Positions 27,140-39,315 of a stretch of DNA of 64,000 nucleotides are shown in pieces. Within the stretch, counting starts at the first letter, position 1. The number at the start of each line of letters is the position of its first letter. The notes beneath the pieces were generated by a model. The model made no database searches. It saw only the letters and a list, made by a program, of their open reading frames with translations, and was not told the DNA's origin. The stretch is from Octopus sinensis. Taxonomy: Eukaryota. Both the position numbers and the translations under genes were made by a program. The DNA lies in assembly GCF_006345805.1 (NCBI RefSeq), contig NC_043004.1:66402001-66466000 (forward strand). The letters run 5' to 3'.

Positions 27140-27350
27140 GCATATATGTGCGTGTATGAGTGCGGGTATGTGTGTGTATGCGTATCAACTTGTTTATCTA
27201 TTTAGGTTTACAATCGTAACTTTGTGTATGTATATACATATATATATACATGCACAAAGTTACGATTGTAAACCTAAATAGATAAACATGTGGATAGGCA
27301 TACACACACAAGCGCACGCACACACACATATATATATACGCATATGTATG
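27140..27350. repeat. Long palindrome centred on a (TA)n tract
   Basis: 27191-27226 and 27253-27288 are perfect 36-bp reverse complements. Pairing continues inward to a 6-nt loop and, imperfectly, about 50 bp outward. Confidence 0.9.
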
Positions 27351-27412
27351 TATACATATATATATATATATAATATATATATATATACATACACACATAC
27401 ATGCATACATGC

Positions 27413-27501
<89 letters not shown>

Positions 27502-28069
27502 TATATATATATATATATATATAATATATATATATATATAATATATATATATATATACATACATACATAGATACATATATATACACGTTTGTGTTGTGTG
27601 TGTGTGTATGTGTGGTTAACTCAAAATATGTATGATTTTCAAATCTCAATCTTATTGGAAAAAAATATATAGCATGATTTTCAAAAATTTTATTTCTGTT
27701 TATTGAAACATAAAGCAAATGACAAGTCAATGCTGCTGAATAGCATGCATTATGATGAGAATGTAGTTGTATTTAGGAGAGTCTGGCACGAAGCGTACTG
27801 CGGGGTTAAACCTTTAATGACTCAGTTTTGAAGATGCTTCAAAATATTATAGGTGACGGACTTTTATGAAATCAGGAAAAATTCCAAAACGGTGAGAGTC
27901 AGCGTCTAACAAATCTCGTTAACCACACGTACTTCACAATCATCTTGCGTAAGATGTAGAATATCGATCCGCATCGTACATGAAAATAATAATATACTAT
28001 TATGGATTAAGTGATTTAGCTCATCGCTGTGAAAACATATATCTTCAGTAGAAATTCACGATGCTCTTG

Positions 28070-30030
28070 TTGCCTGAACGAGCGCAAGTTAATCGGTTTA
28101 TATGGCCTGCCCGATGAAATTTACGTAAATATGCCAGGCTTGTTCTCCGATCTTGTCAACGCGCTCTAGTGCAACTGGCAACAAAACGGGAGTATTCCTA
28201 GTTCTGTGAGCTGGGATGTAGTGACGCTGATAATGTAAGACAAAATCAAGAGGGACAAGAGTTTAAGATTTTAGCCAAGGTATTAGCAAAGGGGCTGGCA
28301 CTTGTCATCGAGGATTTCGTTGGAGAGGCGCAAACCTGTGCAATCCCGACTAGGTCCATACATGACAACCTAGACCTCATACGATAAATAATAGAAAGTA
28401 TAGGGTTCATACCTGGATTCACTGGGTCGCTGATCAATTTAGATCAATCGAAAGCATTCGATAAGGGCGACCATCGATTTGTAGATGCTGTCCTCAAAGT
28501 GGTTGTCTTAGAGTTAGAGTCGTATTCGGTGGTCAAAATTAATGGCCACCTCTCAGAAGCATTTCAGAACTCCCGATTGGTCCTTCAATGCCGCACCGTC
28601 TCCGACCTTCTGTACGTATTTGCTCTTGAGCCTTTACTGCGGAAGCTTCAGCTCTCTGCAGGCCATCCAGCTCGAAACGTGACGCAGAAGGGCTGTGTCG
28701 GCATATGCGGACGATATCTCAGTGATGTCGGACACCTCAGAATTGAAATGTTCGACACATCTTTTGGACGAATATGAAAAGTTGACGGGAACAAAGCTTA
28801 ACCCGGAAAAGTCGGTGGGCTTGAAACTCGGTATCTGGAGAAGCAAATCCATGCTGTCCAACTACGTTGCTGGGCGCTGGACGGACGGAACGGTAGAGTT
28901 ACTTGGGGATAGTTGTTAGGAATAGACCTAATAGTTGTTAGGATGAGAATGGGTACGAGGTGAGGAAAGGGTATCAAGTCTCATCCAGAAATGGGCTAAG
29001 AGGAAGATATCATTGAAAGGACGGGCGAAGGTGGTGAATGCATAGATCGCGTCCGTCATCTACTACTGCATGACTGTCGTGCCTTGCCCTTGATTGCGTC
29101 ATGCCAGTTTGGAACACCACCACTTCAAATACTTGTGAGGGGACAGGTTCTATTGGCGATGCTGTCCATTTGCTGCCAATACTCTCTACGCGGAGGGCAG
29201 GGCATACCTTGGCTAATGATGCACAGATATGGTCTGAGGATACGGCATCTCCAGATATTCTGTCTAAACCGTGAACAGGAGCTGTTTCCATTTGTCAAAC
29301 AGGCCTTTCCGCAGTTCGTCTTCTTGACCGAGCTGCTATCTCGGTCAAAAAGAGGCCAAGAGAGGGAGACTGGCATCTGGAATGTTGGTAGGCACTCATA
29401 AGCCTAACCCTCTACCAGTCGTGCGATGCGATCCGTGGAACATCCACTCTTGAGTTCAATAGAGGGTTAGGGGGGGGCATGATGCAGTTGGAGAGACATT
29501 AGGCGTGGAGGAAGTCGGAGTGACCGGTATATTCTGGAGGTCTTTAGAACCGGGGATGACGGAAAACTTCCAGAAATCCTTTGCTTGGTATTGCTACCGG
29601 GGGACACTGCTGGTTCGAGAGAAACTCTGCAGGCAAGGACCTGTTGTCAGATGTCCCTGCCTAAAATGCGCGCAGAGCGACGAAATCGTTCTGCACGCAC
29701 TCGTCCAGTGTCCTAGCATTATTGACATTTGGAGTCATGTTGATAGCTGGCTATCGGCTGAGTCCATAGTGAAGATCGATCTGCAGCCTTCCGTCTGATA
29801 GCTGTAGTGAAAGAGGTTGTATGATGGACCAAGCTGAAAGGACTGCAGACATACACTCTCCTCTTTGGCCAATCCCTCATAATCTTTTTCAAATTTCACT
29901 TGGAAAGGAAGATGAGGGTGGAGAGAGAAGTGCTGCCTTCCAGTACACATGCTAAAAGTTGGATGAATGTAGCGAAAATAGCCCTGGTTGGTGGGCCTAC
30001 TATAATAATGCACCTGGAGGCTAGTGAATT
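28070..30030 (+). mobile_element. L1/Tx1-type LINE ORF2 remnant (RT plus C-terminal zinc knuckle)
   Basis: Frames give FKILAKVLAKGL...AQTCAIPTRSIHDNL, LDQSKAFDKGDH, LLYVFALEPLLRKL, AYADDISV, EYEKLTGTKLNPEKS and CLKCAQSDEIVLHALVQC. Many stops and frameshifts. Confidence 0.8.
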
Positions 30031-31175
30031 TGACATTTGATATACTAGGAGCTTATATTTTAGATAACATAGAATTGTGAAATATCGCAACCTAGCCACT
30101 GAAAATTCTTAGAATCTGAATTATATTGGAAATGAGACTTCCATTGTCGATCTGTAGAAAATCTTGGTCTAGTATTCAGCAAGGTTTCAACTGAACGCTC
30201 TTGACATATGGGACTTCCTCCGCAACATTTCAATTTCTCGTTTCTGGTGTAAGGTCAAAGTAATTTTTCATAAATTATTGACTTTAAACTCTGTCTTTTT
30301 CCATATTGAGTATCTATCTCTACGATAAGGATTGTGGAGAAGAACTTCGAACATTATTTTGAACGAATGCTGAGTTATAGATCTGTTGATGACAACCCTA
30401 CGCCATATTTTAGTGGGACTGCAAACAGTCTTCGATAATTTGAGTTAAATTATTTTGAAAAAGATATAATACTGTAACTGCATATGTGGTTTTTATCCAT
30501 CCTAAAATTAAAGGCGTAAGATAAAAAAATATTGGAAAATGAAACATCATCAGGAATCAATAGACATGTCTCCGCGCCTCAAAACTCTATATTATGTGAA
30601 AATAGTGAAATAGCAGTTTGTTCCCCAAAATGCATGAAATATTATAATAATAACCGAAATTGTTTTAACGTAATGCAACTTGTCGTACATTCTCAGCTCT
30701 CTCTTTCTCACTCCTATCTCGCTCTCCTCTGTATATATACTCATATGTATGTGTATTTGCATCTCTACATATGTACGTATATGTACACATGTATGCCTGT
30801 GTACCACACACAAGAACGCACACACTCAACAGGAAGGCAGATACACACGCATAAATATATGCATGTGTAAACATATATATAGAGAGAGGGAGCGAGAAAG
30901 AGAGGGACAGGGCGAGACAGAAAGATAGAGAGTGATATGGTAATATAGTTACATAGAGTGACAGTTAGATATAGATATGTTATTCATTATAATTTAAATA
31001 TGTATGTTGAAATGCATCTATCTATTTATCTATCTATATATCTATCAATATATATATATATATATATCTACATGTCTCTCTCCTTCTCACTCTAGATATA
31101 TATATGTGATATATGTTTATATTCATATATGTATAATGTTTGTGTATGTATTTATATGTATATATGTATATATAT

Positions 31176-31254
<79 letters not shown>

Positions 31255-31259
31255 TTATA

Positions 31260-31292
<33 letters not shown>

Positions 31293-31531
31293 ATACATAT
31301 ATATATATATATACATGAGGTGTGAGATTCAGGCGTGCTTATTAGAAATTTTCTGCTTTCGTTTCATGAAGTGGAAAAAGCAGGAATTATAAGGAGGAAT
31401 TTTACGCGTTAATGCGTTAATATCGAATATTATCAAAAGAAAATTGAGTCCTGCAAAACAGTTTCCGTTTCCTTGTACGAAAGCACCTATTTCACGGGAA
31501 GTACCACTGCATTTTGAAAGGATTTTAGTCG

Positions 31532-31617
<86 letters not shown>

Positions 31618-32454
31618 TATAAATACCAATATTTATAAGTATATATATGCATACATATACATATATATATATATATATATATGTAAATATTTGTATATAT
31701 ATATATCGTTTTCAATATACTTCGCCAATTCGCATGTAGGCAAATTTATGTCATGCATGCATAAATGTTCCTGCTCATGTATACACAGAATTTCGGCTTC
31801 TACACAGTTTGTTTGTTTTCTTCTGCCAAGTGAATTTCACACCCAATGCTTTCATCTATCCTACACTATGCTTTTTGAATCTTGAATAAACTAATGCACA
31901 CCAGAAATGAAAACGAACCACTTTGTGGTTTTGAATTGCACACTTAAATACCTTTTATGCTTCATTGTAGCCTTTCATTGTATGTTGTGCAATTTTTACA
32001 TGACTTATATACACGAGTTAACATATTATCTAACATTTGAATATTACACCGAAGACAACATTCACGAGCTCGTTTTCTCGTAGTAAGCACACTCTGGTTT
32101 ACCATATCGACAGGAATCGCTGCAAAACCCATCTCATTGTAACGCTACGAAGAATGAACGTTTGAGAAGGTTCCTGTCGCTTTCGATGTTGTCGGATAGA
32201 TGTTTGACTGGTGAAGAAGTCCAGGATATTGGAGTCCAGGATATTATGCGTATCACCAACACCAAGTACATGTAAAATATAGTAAAATCTTAGATGAAAT
32301 GTTGTACTCCTGTATATCTGATATGTAATAAATATATTCGGTACCATATGACATTTTTATAATAAAATATACTAGCATTTACAATGTGTGCCATCGTTAT
32401 GTCCCAACCACTTATATTTATATATATATTATATATATATATACATATATATTC

Positions 32455-32667
32455 TTTTCTTTTTCTTTTATTTGTTTCAGTCAATTGACTGCGGCCATGC
32501 TGGAGCACCACGTTTAGTCGAGCAAATCGACCCAGGGACTTAGTCTTTGTAAGCCTAGTACTTATTCTATCGGTCTCTCTTGCCGAACCGCTAGGTGACG
32601 AGAAGATAAACACACCAGCATCGGTTGACAGACACAGACACATATACATACACACATACACACACAT

Positions 32668-32698
<31 letters not shown>

Positions 32699-32832
32699 CA
32701 TACATATGTATTTCAGTTTCCGTCTACCAAACCACTCACAAGGCTTTGGTCGGCCCGAAGACACTTGCCCAAATTGTCACGCAGTGGGACTGAACCCGGA
32801 GTCATGTGGTTGGGAAGCAAGCTACTTACCAC
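32455..32832 (-). mobile_element. tRNA-headed SINE with internal (TACA)n and CR1-like tail
   Basis: Minus strand head gtggtaagtagcttgcttcccaaccacatgactccgggttcagtccc, tail gtggtgctccagcatggccgcagtcaattgactgaaac. Homologous to 6455-6845. Confidence 0.8.
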
Positions 32833-32844
32833 ATAGTCACTCCT

Positions 32845-32922
<78 letters not shown>

Positions 32923-33399
32923 TATATATATATAAGGACCCGACCACAAACCTATTAATGACTCACAAGGGCTATCACAGATAAGCTACAACATAAACCC
33001 GCAATATTCACTTACAGACAGCATTAAACACTCCATGCGTGCTTCCGTATATCTAGCAGTACTCAGGGATATATATGTTTGTATTTGGTATTCGCTTATA
33101 GATTTTTATTGAATTTAATTATAGATATTATAAAATTATGCAATTACTTATCGCAATTGACACATCTCAGTGCTCCTCTACATTCATACTTACCCACACA
33201 CAAACAACCACACAAACAAGCACACATACACACACTCACACACGCACATATACTAACTTATTTTGCTGTTAAATTATATATGTATGTATGTATAGATATC
33301 AGATATATATATATATATGTACGTATATATATATATATTTATATATATGCACACACATATACATACATATATATAAATTACACATATAATCATATGTGC

Positions 33400-33442
<43 letters not shown>

Positions 33443-33520
33443 CACACACACATATATATATATATATATATGTATACATACATACAGATTTATATATATA
33501 CATAAATATAAGTAATTATA

Positions 33521-33568
<48 letters not shown>

Positions 33569-33945
33569 TATCAGTATATATATTATGTGTGTGTGTATGT
33601 GTGTATGAAATTATAATGTATATATTTAATGCATATTAACAGGAATATAATTTTATGGAAATAAAATTGTTTCCATGGAAAGTGTTTTTAAAATATAGCA
33701 CATATAATTCCCCCATGGCTCTCGTCGAGACTTGTTATTATCTAACTTTTAATTGAGATGAAACCTATTATCAGATATATGTTCGATTTGCATTATATTA
33801 CTGATCATAGTAATTATCTATTAACGTAACATAAAACTTAAAATGTGCGATCTTAAAACGTCTAAAATTCCTTAATGCCACTTTAGAACAGTCCGATTAC
33901 GGACATCAATTATGTATCTATATGAGTATATATGTGTATATATAT

Positions 33946-33988
<43 letters not shown>

Positions 33989-34559
33989 TATATATATATA
34001 TATATATATATATACTTATGTACATATATGTGAGTATGTATCAATTTACAAGTAACTATAACTAATTCTCTCAAAAACACAGTCATACACACACATATAC
34101 AAAACATACATTTGCATATGTTTATAAGAGTGTGAATATGTGTGTATTTATATGTATATGTATATATACACAAGCACACACGCACACATACACTAAGGTA
34201 AGCACAGTCACTCGCCATACACACAAAGAAACGCACACGTACACACACACATACTATAACAAAACACACACACGATACATATACGCGCACACACATATAC
34301 CTCACTGTTTCTGACCTGCCTTTCTGACTTGCTAGGGTACCCCCACATCACTCCTGAATTCCACTCCTTAATTCTACTACTGCCTGCTACTAGCCATTGT
34401 CCACCATACACACACATACACACACTCACACATCCACCCTTGTCATCTGGCACACCTTTTTTACCATTCCTTCTTTGATTCAGCTCTCTTGTTTTTAAAA
34501 AATATTTTCCTCCATTTTTACTACTTCCGTCTTTTCAGTATGTGACCCCGTGAATACTA

Positions 34560-34712
34560 CCTGCAATATTTTTTCCTCCGTCCTCCCGTCTCGGGATCTT
34601 TCTTTCTCCAATGTTTCCGACGAAGAGCTCCGCTCGAAACGTCAAACACTCCTTCTTCCCTTCTTTCCTGAGCGTCCAATAATACTTTATTTGTTCCACA
34701 TCCTTGCGTTGT
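34560..34712 (+). mobile_element. Short repeat related to the 17021 family, carrying a minimal hammerhead fold
   Basis: Same order of motifs (gaagagc..gctcgaaacgt...ttcctgagcg...) and ends at (TA)n. A degraded second copy lies at about 34870-34990. Confidence 0.6.
34612..34648 (+). ncRNA. Minimal hammerhead-like fold (U4C variant)
   Basis: uguuu-CCGACGA-a-gagc-ucc-gcuc-GAAAC-GUC-aaaca: perfect 5-bp stem I and 4-bp stem II. Confidence 0.62.
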
Positions 34713-34715
34713 TGT

Positions 34716-34761
<46 letters not shown>

Positions 34762-35318
34762 CACGCATATGTGCATACATACATAACAACATACACACGA
34801 ACATACACGGACTCATCTATATGCGTGTATATGTACATATCTACATATATATGTATGTATATATCTACGTCCTTGCCGTTTTCCTGGAAGTTTCTCTTTT
34901 TCTTTTGCGACGAAAAGCTATGCAAAAAACCTTAAACTCTCTCTTTTCACCAAGTGTCGAGCTTATACATCTCTTCTGAACGTCCTTACATTAATTTGTT
35001 TTCGTTTATTCGTTTATTGGAATTGACTACACACACAAACACACGTGCACACGCACACGCATACGCAAACACTCACATGCATGCACACACACACACACAC
35101 ATATGTTATGAGAGGTAATAGGTGTCAATAAGACCCAAAGGTATCAGGTTATGCTGAGTAAGTGCTATGGACATACTATAGTTAAGCTCCAGGTTCGGTG
35201 ATTATGCGAATTAGGAGTCTAACGTAGGTCATATATCAGCATGTGTATTTATAAATAAAAAAATTCAGAATGAGAAAAAAACCCAAGTCTGTGAAGAATT
35301 TATAACATTTATAAATAG

Positions 35319-35367
35319 GTCTTACAGCTGTTTCCGGAAATAGTTTATATATCCTTTCATCGGAGAC
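35319..35367 (-). ncRNA. Degraded hammerhead-like fold, probable Penelope 3' remnant
   Basis: Minus strand: gucu-CCGAUGA-aaggau...uuuccg-GAAAC-agcu-GUA-agac. Stems I and III are intact; stem II is imperfect. Confidence 0.45.
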
Positions 35368-35779
35368 GGCGTGAGGAAATGGTGAAGCAATCGTTAATTT
35401 AGATAAGATACGAAATAGAGAGTGGAGTGGAGGAATAGAAACAGAAGTGTGATATGCAGAAATATTGCATTTGTAGATCCATTACTTAGGCTGAATGGTA
35501 TACATAAATGTTTCCAATACCCTGTGAGTAACTTCCAATAGTATTTAAAATTGGTCATTCCAAGTATAGATTTTGTACAAGTGCTTCTCTACAGCTATTT
35601 CAGACGTGGTATCTATTGATGAATAGAATTATTAGATCGTGCAGAAAAATCCGATGAATATATGAGAATTAAAATAATTTAAACATTTCAATTTCAAAGG
35701 AAAAATGCTATTTTGCTCTACCGACAAAAAATCCAGTCACATTGTTTAATTAAATATATGTCTATATATACATACATTC

Positions 35780-35811
<32 letters not shown>

Positions 35812-35864
35812 ATTGGTGAATTGAAGAAATGGAGCTGAACGCAGATTGAACAGAAATCGTTTTA

Positions 35865-35953
35865 TTTCATTCTACACGTGTTTCGAAAGGCACAAATTAC
35901 CAAAATCCGATTGAATAATGGGACCATATTGTGTCTTTCTCTTCAGGAAGAAA
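35865..35953 (-). ncRNA. Type I hammerhead ribozyme fold in the Penelope 3' repeat
   Basis: Minus strand: uuucuuc-CUGAAGA-gaaagacacaa...uugugccuuuc-GAAAC-acgu-GUA-gaaugaaa, with palindromic stem III acacgugu. Confidence 0.75.
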
Positions 35954-36546
35954 AAAGGAAATCCGTTAGAGAAACAAAAACAGAACAGAGGCGGAGCAAA
36001 AACCAAATCGAACTATGCTCCTAAGAGCCCATGGCGAAACTGTTTATCAGTGTATGCTGAGAACCGGTGGCTGAAGAATTCTACAGGTCAGGCATCGGTC
36101 AATCATGTGGGTGAGGGTGTATAGATGTTCTTAGTGACCGAGAATAAAGTTCTGACTATTTAAGGAATATTGGATGTTTTATAAGGGGCGAGAAAAAATC
36201 TACTTAGAGACGTGTGTGTGTGTATACTGTTCTATATATGTGTGTGTTGGCGTAGGGGTAGAAAACACTTTTTGTGTACGTGTGTGCGTTTGATCGTTCG
36301 GCTGTCAGTGGCTACTGCCGTGATAACCGTTGGGTGGCAGAAAGAAAAAAATATATATATATTATGTTTTATGTGTGTGTGTGTTTCATCTGAGCCTGCC
36401 TTGTCAAGGAAACCCCCCGCTGTGAAAAAACCAAGCCCCGTTTGTCTTACAGGAGTAATTCCCCTTGCAGTGGATAATCGTAGATATCTTAAAGGCTATT
36501 TCAGAATTTGTTACCAAGGGCTAGGGTGCCGTATTATTTATAAACG

Positions 36547-39060
36547 CTATTTAAAAGCCAGATAAGTGTAACGCCGCCAATGGGGGCATCGAAAAGCCGA
36601 CTGTAAGAGCCCGTTTACCATCCGGCCTCTGGCAAACAAAATATGGAAGAGTTCGGAGACACAAAGGTTACACTGTCTTCTGCCCCTATCAAATGGGAGG
36701 GCCACCGACAAAATTGACCATTCCAGCCTGTAGCTTAAGTTCGTATCCTTCAGTCGCCATATTAGCTTACTGAGTCCCGTGGTCTGGCGCTTGTTCACGT
36801 CCCGAAAAGTTGCGTAATGATTGGAGACACGCAAAGACAATCTTGAGGATGATGCCCCTACATAAGTGAAGACATCTGAGTCCGTGTAAACCTTGCATTG
36901 GTAGACGGCGTTTTTGATCTTGGAGTTCGCCGACGTAAATCTTAATCTGCTAGGATTAGTTTCTGAAATTAGAACTGCGTTCCTGTCACTATATTCGTTC
37001 CGAGACCTGCAGCCGCTTACTACTCTATTTTCCACTACGTCACTATTAACTATAGGAATAACCCCTGATTCTCCACTATCTATCAGAGTACTGTCATTGC
37101 TAGTGCCCGTGGTGCTGCTATTGCGGGAAATGATGCTGGGGATGCTATTGGGGCTCTCTACCCTACTCCCATTGTTACCGTCAACCACAACACCCCTATT
37201 TATAACTATACCCCTAGTGGGTACTCCCTGGCTGGAGCTGAGATTATGTGTCACTGTACTGGCTCTCATATCATTATTACTACTATAATTATTCCTACTG
37301 AGCATTAAACCGGGAGCGGAAGAGGCTGTGCCTCCGGAAAAAGGTGATAGGGTCTTAGTAGTAGCCTATTATTATGGGAGGCGATTATCTGGGCGAGGTT
37401 TTTAGTGTTGGAGAAAGCTATCCTAACTTTATGTGAGTTAACCGTGGAGTAATATTTGGAATTTCTGGGGAAGTTATTGGCGATGGCTTGTCTAAACAAG
37501 AGGGGGAGGTTAGTTCTAATCTGCTTACCAAAGGGGATTACAAACCATATATGCTATTCCTATCAGTGTGATGGGTCGGGACGCTAGCTCTCGCACTCTG
37601 GTGGGTGATTCTCGGATAAATAACGGGTCTTGGGTTAGTGTAAGACCTCCCGGACCGATAATTATCCTTGTTCGCTAAATTAAATGCGGGAGCGACTACC
37701 CCGGCATCCGCCGCGCTCCCGTCCTTACTTAAAATGTTAATGTTATTATATACGGCCCTATCCTGATGACCGAATGATGGCATCGGAAGGGCCGGATCAA
37801 TATAAATTACCTTCTGCCTATAACCGGCCTTGGACAGTGCGGCGTTATAAAATTCCGCTTTCTGCATAAAAATATCGGCACTGGCGGACAAGCCAGACAA
37901 TCTTAGAGAGATGTTTTTAACCAAATTGTCTGTTACGGTTTTGGCATGATTTGAGAAGACACTGACATACTTCAAATTAGCGGAAGGCTTATGGTAAGGG
38001 CAGTATGAGTCGCTATTAAGGTTAAGTGTAACGTCTAGGAAATTAGCCTTGGTGAGTTCATTATCAAAAACTATACTCATGCCCATTCTATTAAAAAACC
38101 TAGCTAACCTGCTCTTAGTTTTCTGCACTATTCTGTTCGTGGTGTTTTGCAGGTAAAACAGACAATCGTCACGATACAGGCCGCCCGCGATCTCCGGGAA
38201 TTGGTCGGACAATTCGTAGAGAATATATATACCGACTAAATCGGCTATCTGCGCACTATCCGAACTACCCATAGGCACATCAAATTCATTGGGAGTATTT
38301 TTACGGATCCACAACTTATTATCAAACTTAATAAACGATTTCCTGGCAACTAAAATGATATCTATCTCTTCTCTGGTGAGGCCAGCTTGTTGTGAGCATG
38401 CCAGAGGGCCTTATTTAGCACACTAGGGTTAATCGAGGGGTAGAAGCTGGCGATATCAAACTGAATGAACCTAGTACGGTTCTTATTGGGGATGGAAGAG
38501 AACCACTTCACTACCTGGGAGGAGTTGGCCCAGAGGCTGAGCTTCAGCTTGTTTACTAAACTAGGGATATATTTATCTAAAATGTACTTACTGATTATCC
38601 CGATATCAGATCTAGCAGGGCATATGAGTCTTAGCGCTGGGTTGGTGTGGAAGTTAGGCTATGGTCCTTCACTATAAATCTGGGTTGCTTGGGGCTAAGC
38701 GGCTGAGTTCTCATTTGAATTCGGTGTTTAAAATTATTTCCTTAATTTCCAAGTTTACCTTCCTCAGGGTACTCCAATTGGTTTTTCTATAATTTTTCTT
38801 GATCTCTTTACCGAGTAAATCTAGGTACTCCTTAATGGGCATCTTGTATGTGTTCCTGGTCTTGTCGGACTGGACCAGGACTCCGTCCGATCTATTAATG
38901 TCCTTGGTAATTTTATCTAGGTATCTGAGGTGGGCATTTCTCCTGGGTGACTTCCTGAACTTAATCTTTCTAACTATGTCCCACAAGTCGTCCTCAAACT
39001 TCTTCAGTCTTGGGTTCGGTGGCGGCGTATCCAATGTTTTAAAAAGCCGGCCGTATTCAT

Positions 39061-39062
<2 letters not shown>
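36547..39062 (-). CDS. Penelope-like RT-GIY-YIG polyprotein, split by five single-base frameshifts (about 840 codons if repaired)
   Basis: Track ORFs 38711-39094, 37538-38314, 37305-37499 and 36547-37305, plus manually translated joining segments with no in-frame stops. Confidence 0.85.
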
Positions 39063-39094
<32 letters not shown>

Positions 39095-39104
39095 TTATAT
39101 ATGC

Positions 39105-39315
39105 AGAGGCCCCTATCGGTCATGACTGGTCATAGGATACCGGCCTCCCCTTTCTACGTCACCAGTATTTTCCAAAGGAAAGGCAAAGGCCGATACAGCT
39201 TGGCACCTGTGACGTCGCAACACATTTCTACAGCCGAGTGAACTGAAGCAACGAGAAATAAAGTGTCTTGTTCAAGAACACAACATGCAGCCCGATCCGG
39301 TATTCGAACTCACAA
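39105..39315 (-). mobile_element. SINE fragment (aagtgtcttgttcaagaacacaac type)
   Basis: Minus strand starts with B-box-like gagttcgaatacc followed by gtgttcttgaacaagacacttt. Confidence 0.5.

Larger units (their letters stand above)
35811..39062 (-). mobile_element. Penelope-like retroelement (RT plus C-terminal GIY-YIG), 5'-truncated, inserted in (TA)n
   Basis: RT motifs SDKTRNTY, FDIASFYPSI, PMGSSDSAQIADLVG, YRDD and NFLDVTLNL. Endonuclease motifs AVY..YVG, RVSNH and CNLCVSE. 3' repeat with hammerhead and AATAAA. (TA)n on both flanks. Confidence 0.92.

Noticed and set aside
28909-28943. 13-bp direct repeat atagttgttagga inside the L1/Tx1 remnant
   Set aside because: Only 9 bp lie between the copies; most likely a small local duplication, not a TSD around an element.
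36914-37288. 124-aa hydrophobic ORF antisense to the Penelope linker, resembling a membrane protein
   Set aside because: It is a shadow of the Ser/Asn-rich sense frame. No independent evidence of coding.
37303-37307. TAATG stop/start overlap suggesting termination-reinitiation for the endonuclease
   Set aside because: One extra T in the TTT run explains it, matching the four other single-base losses. It would be revived if accurate reads and other copies all show TAATG.
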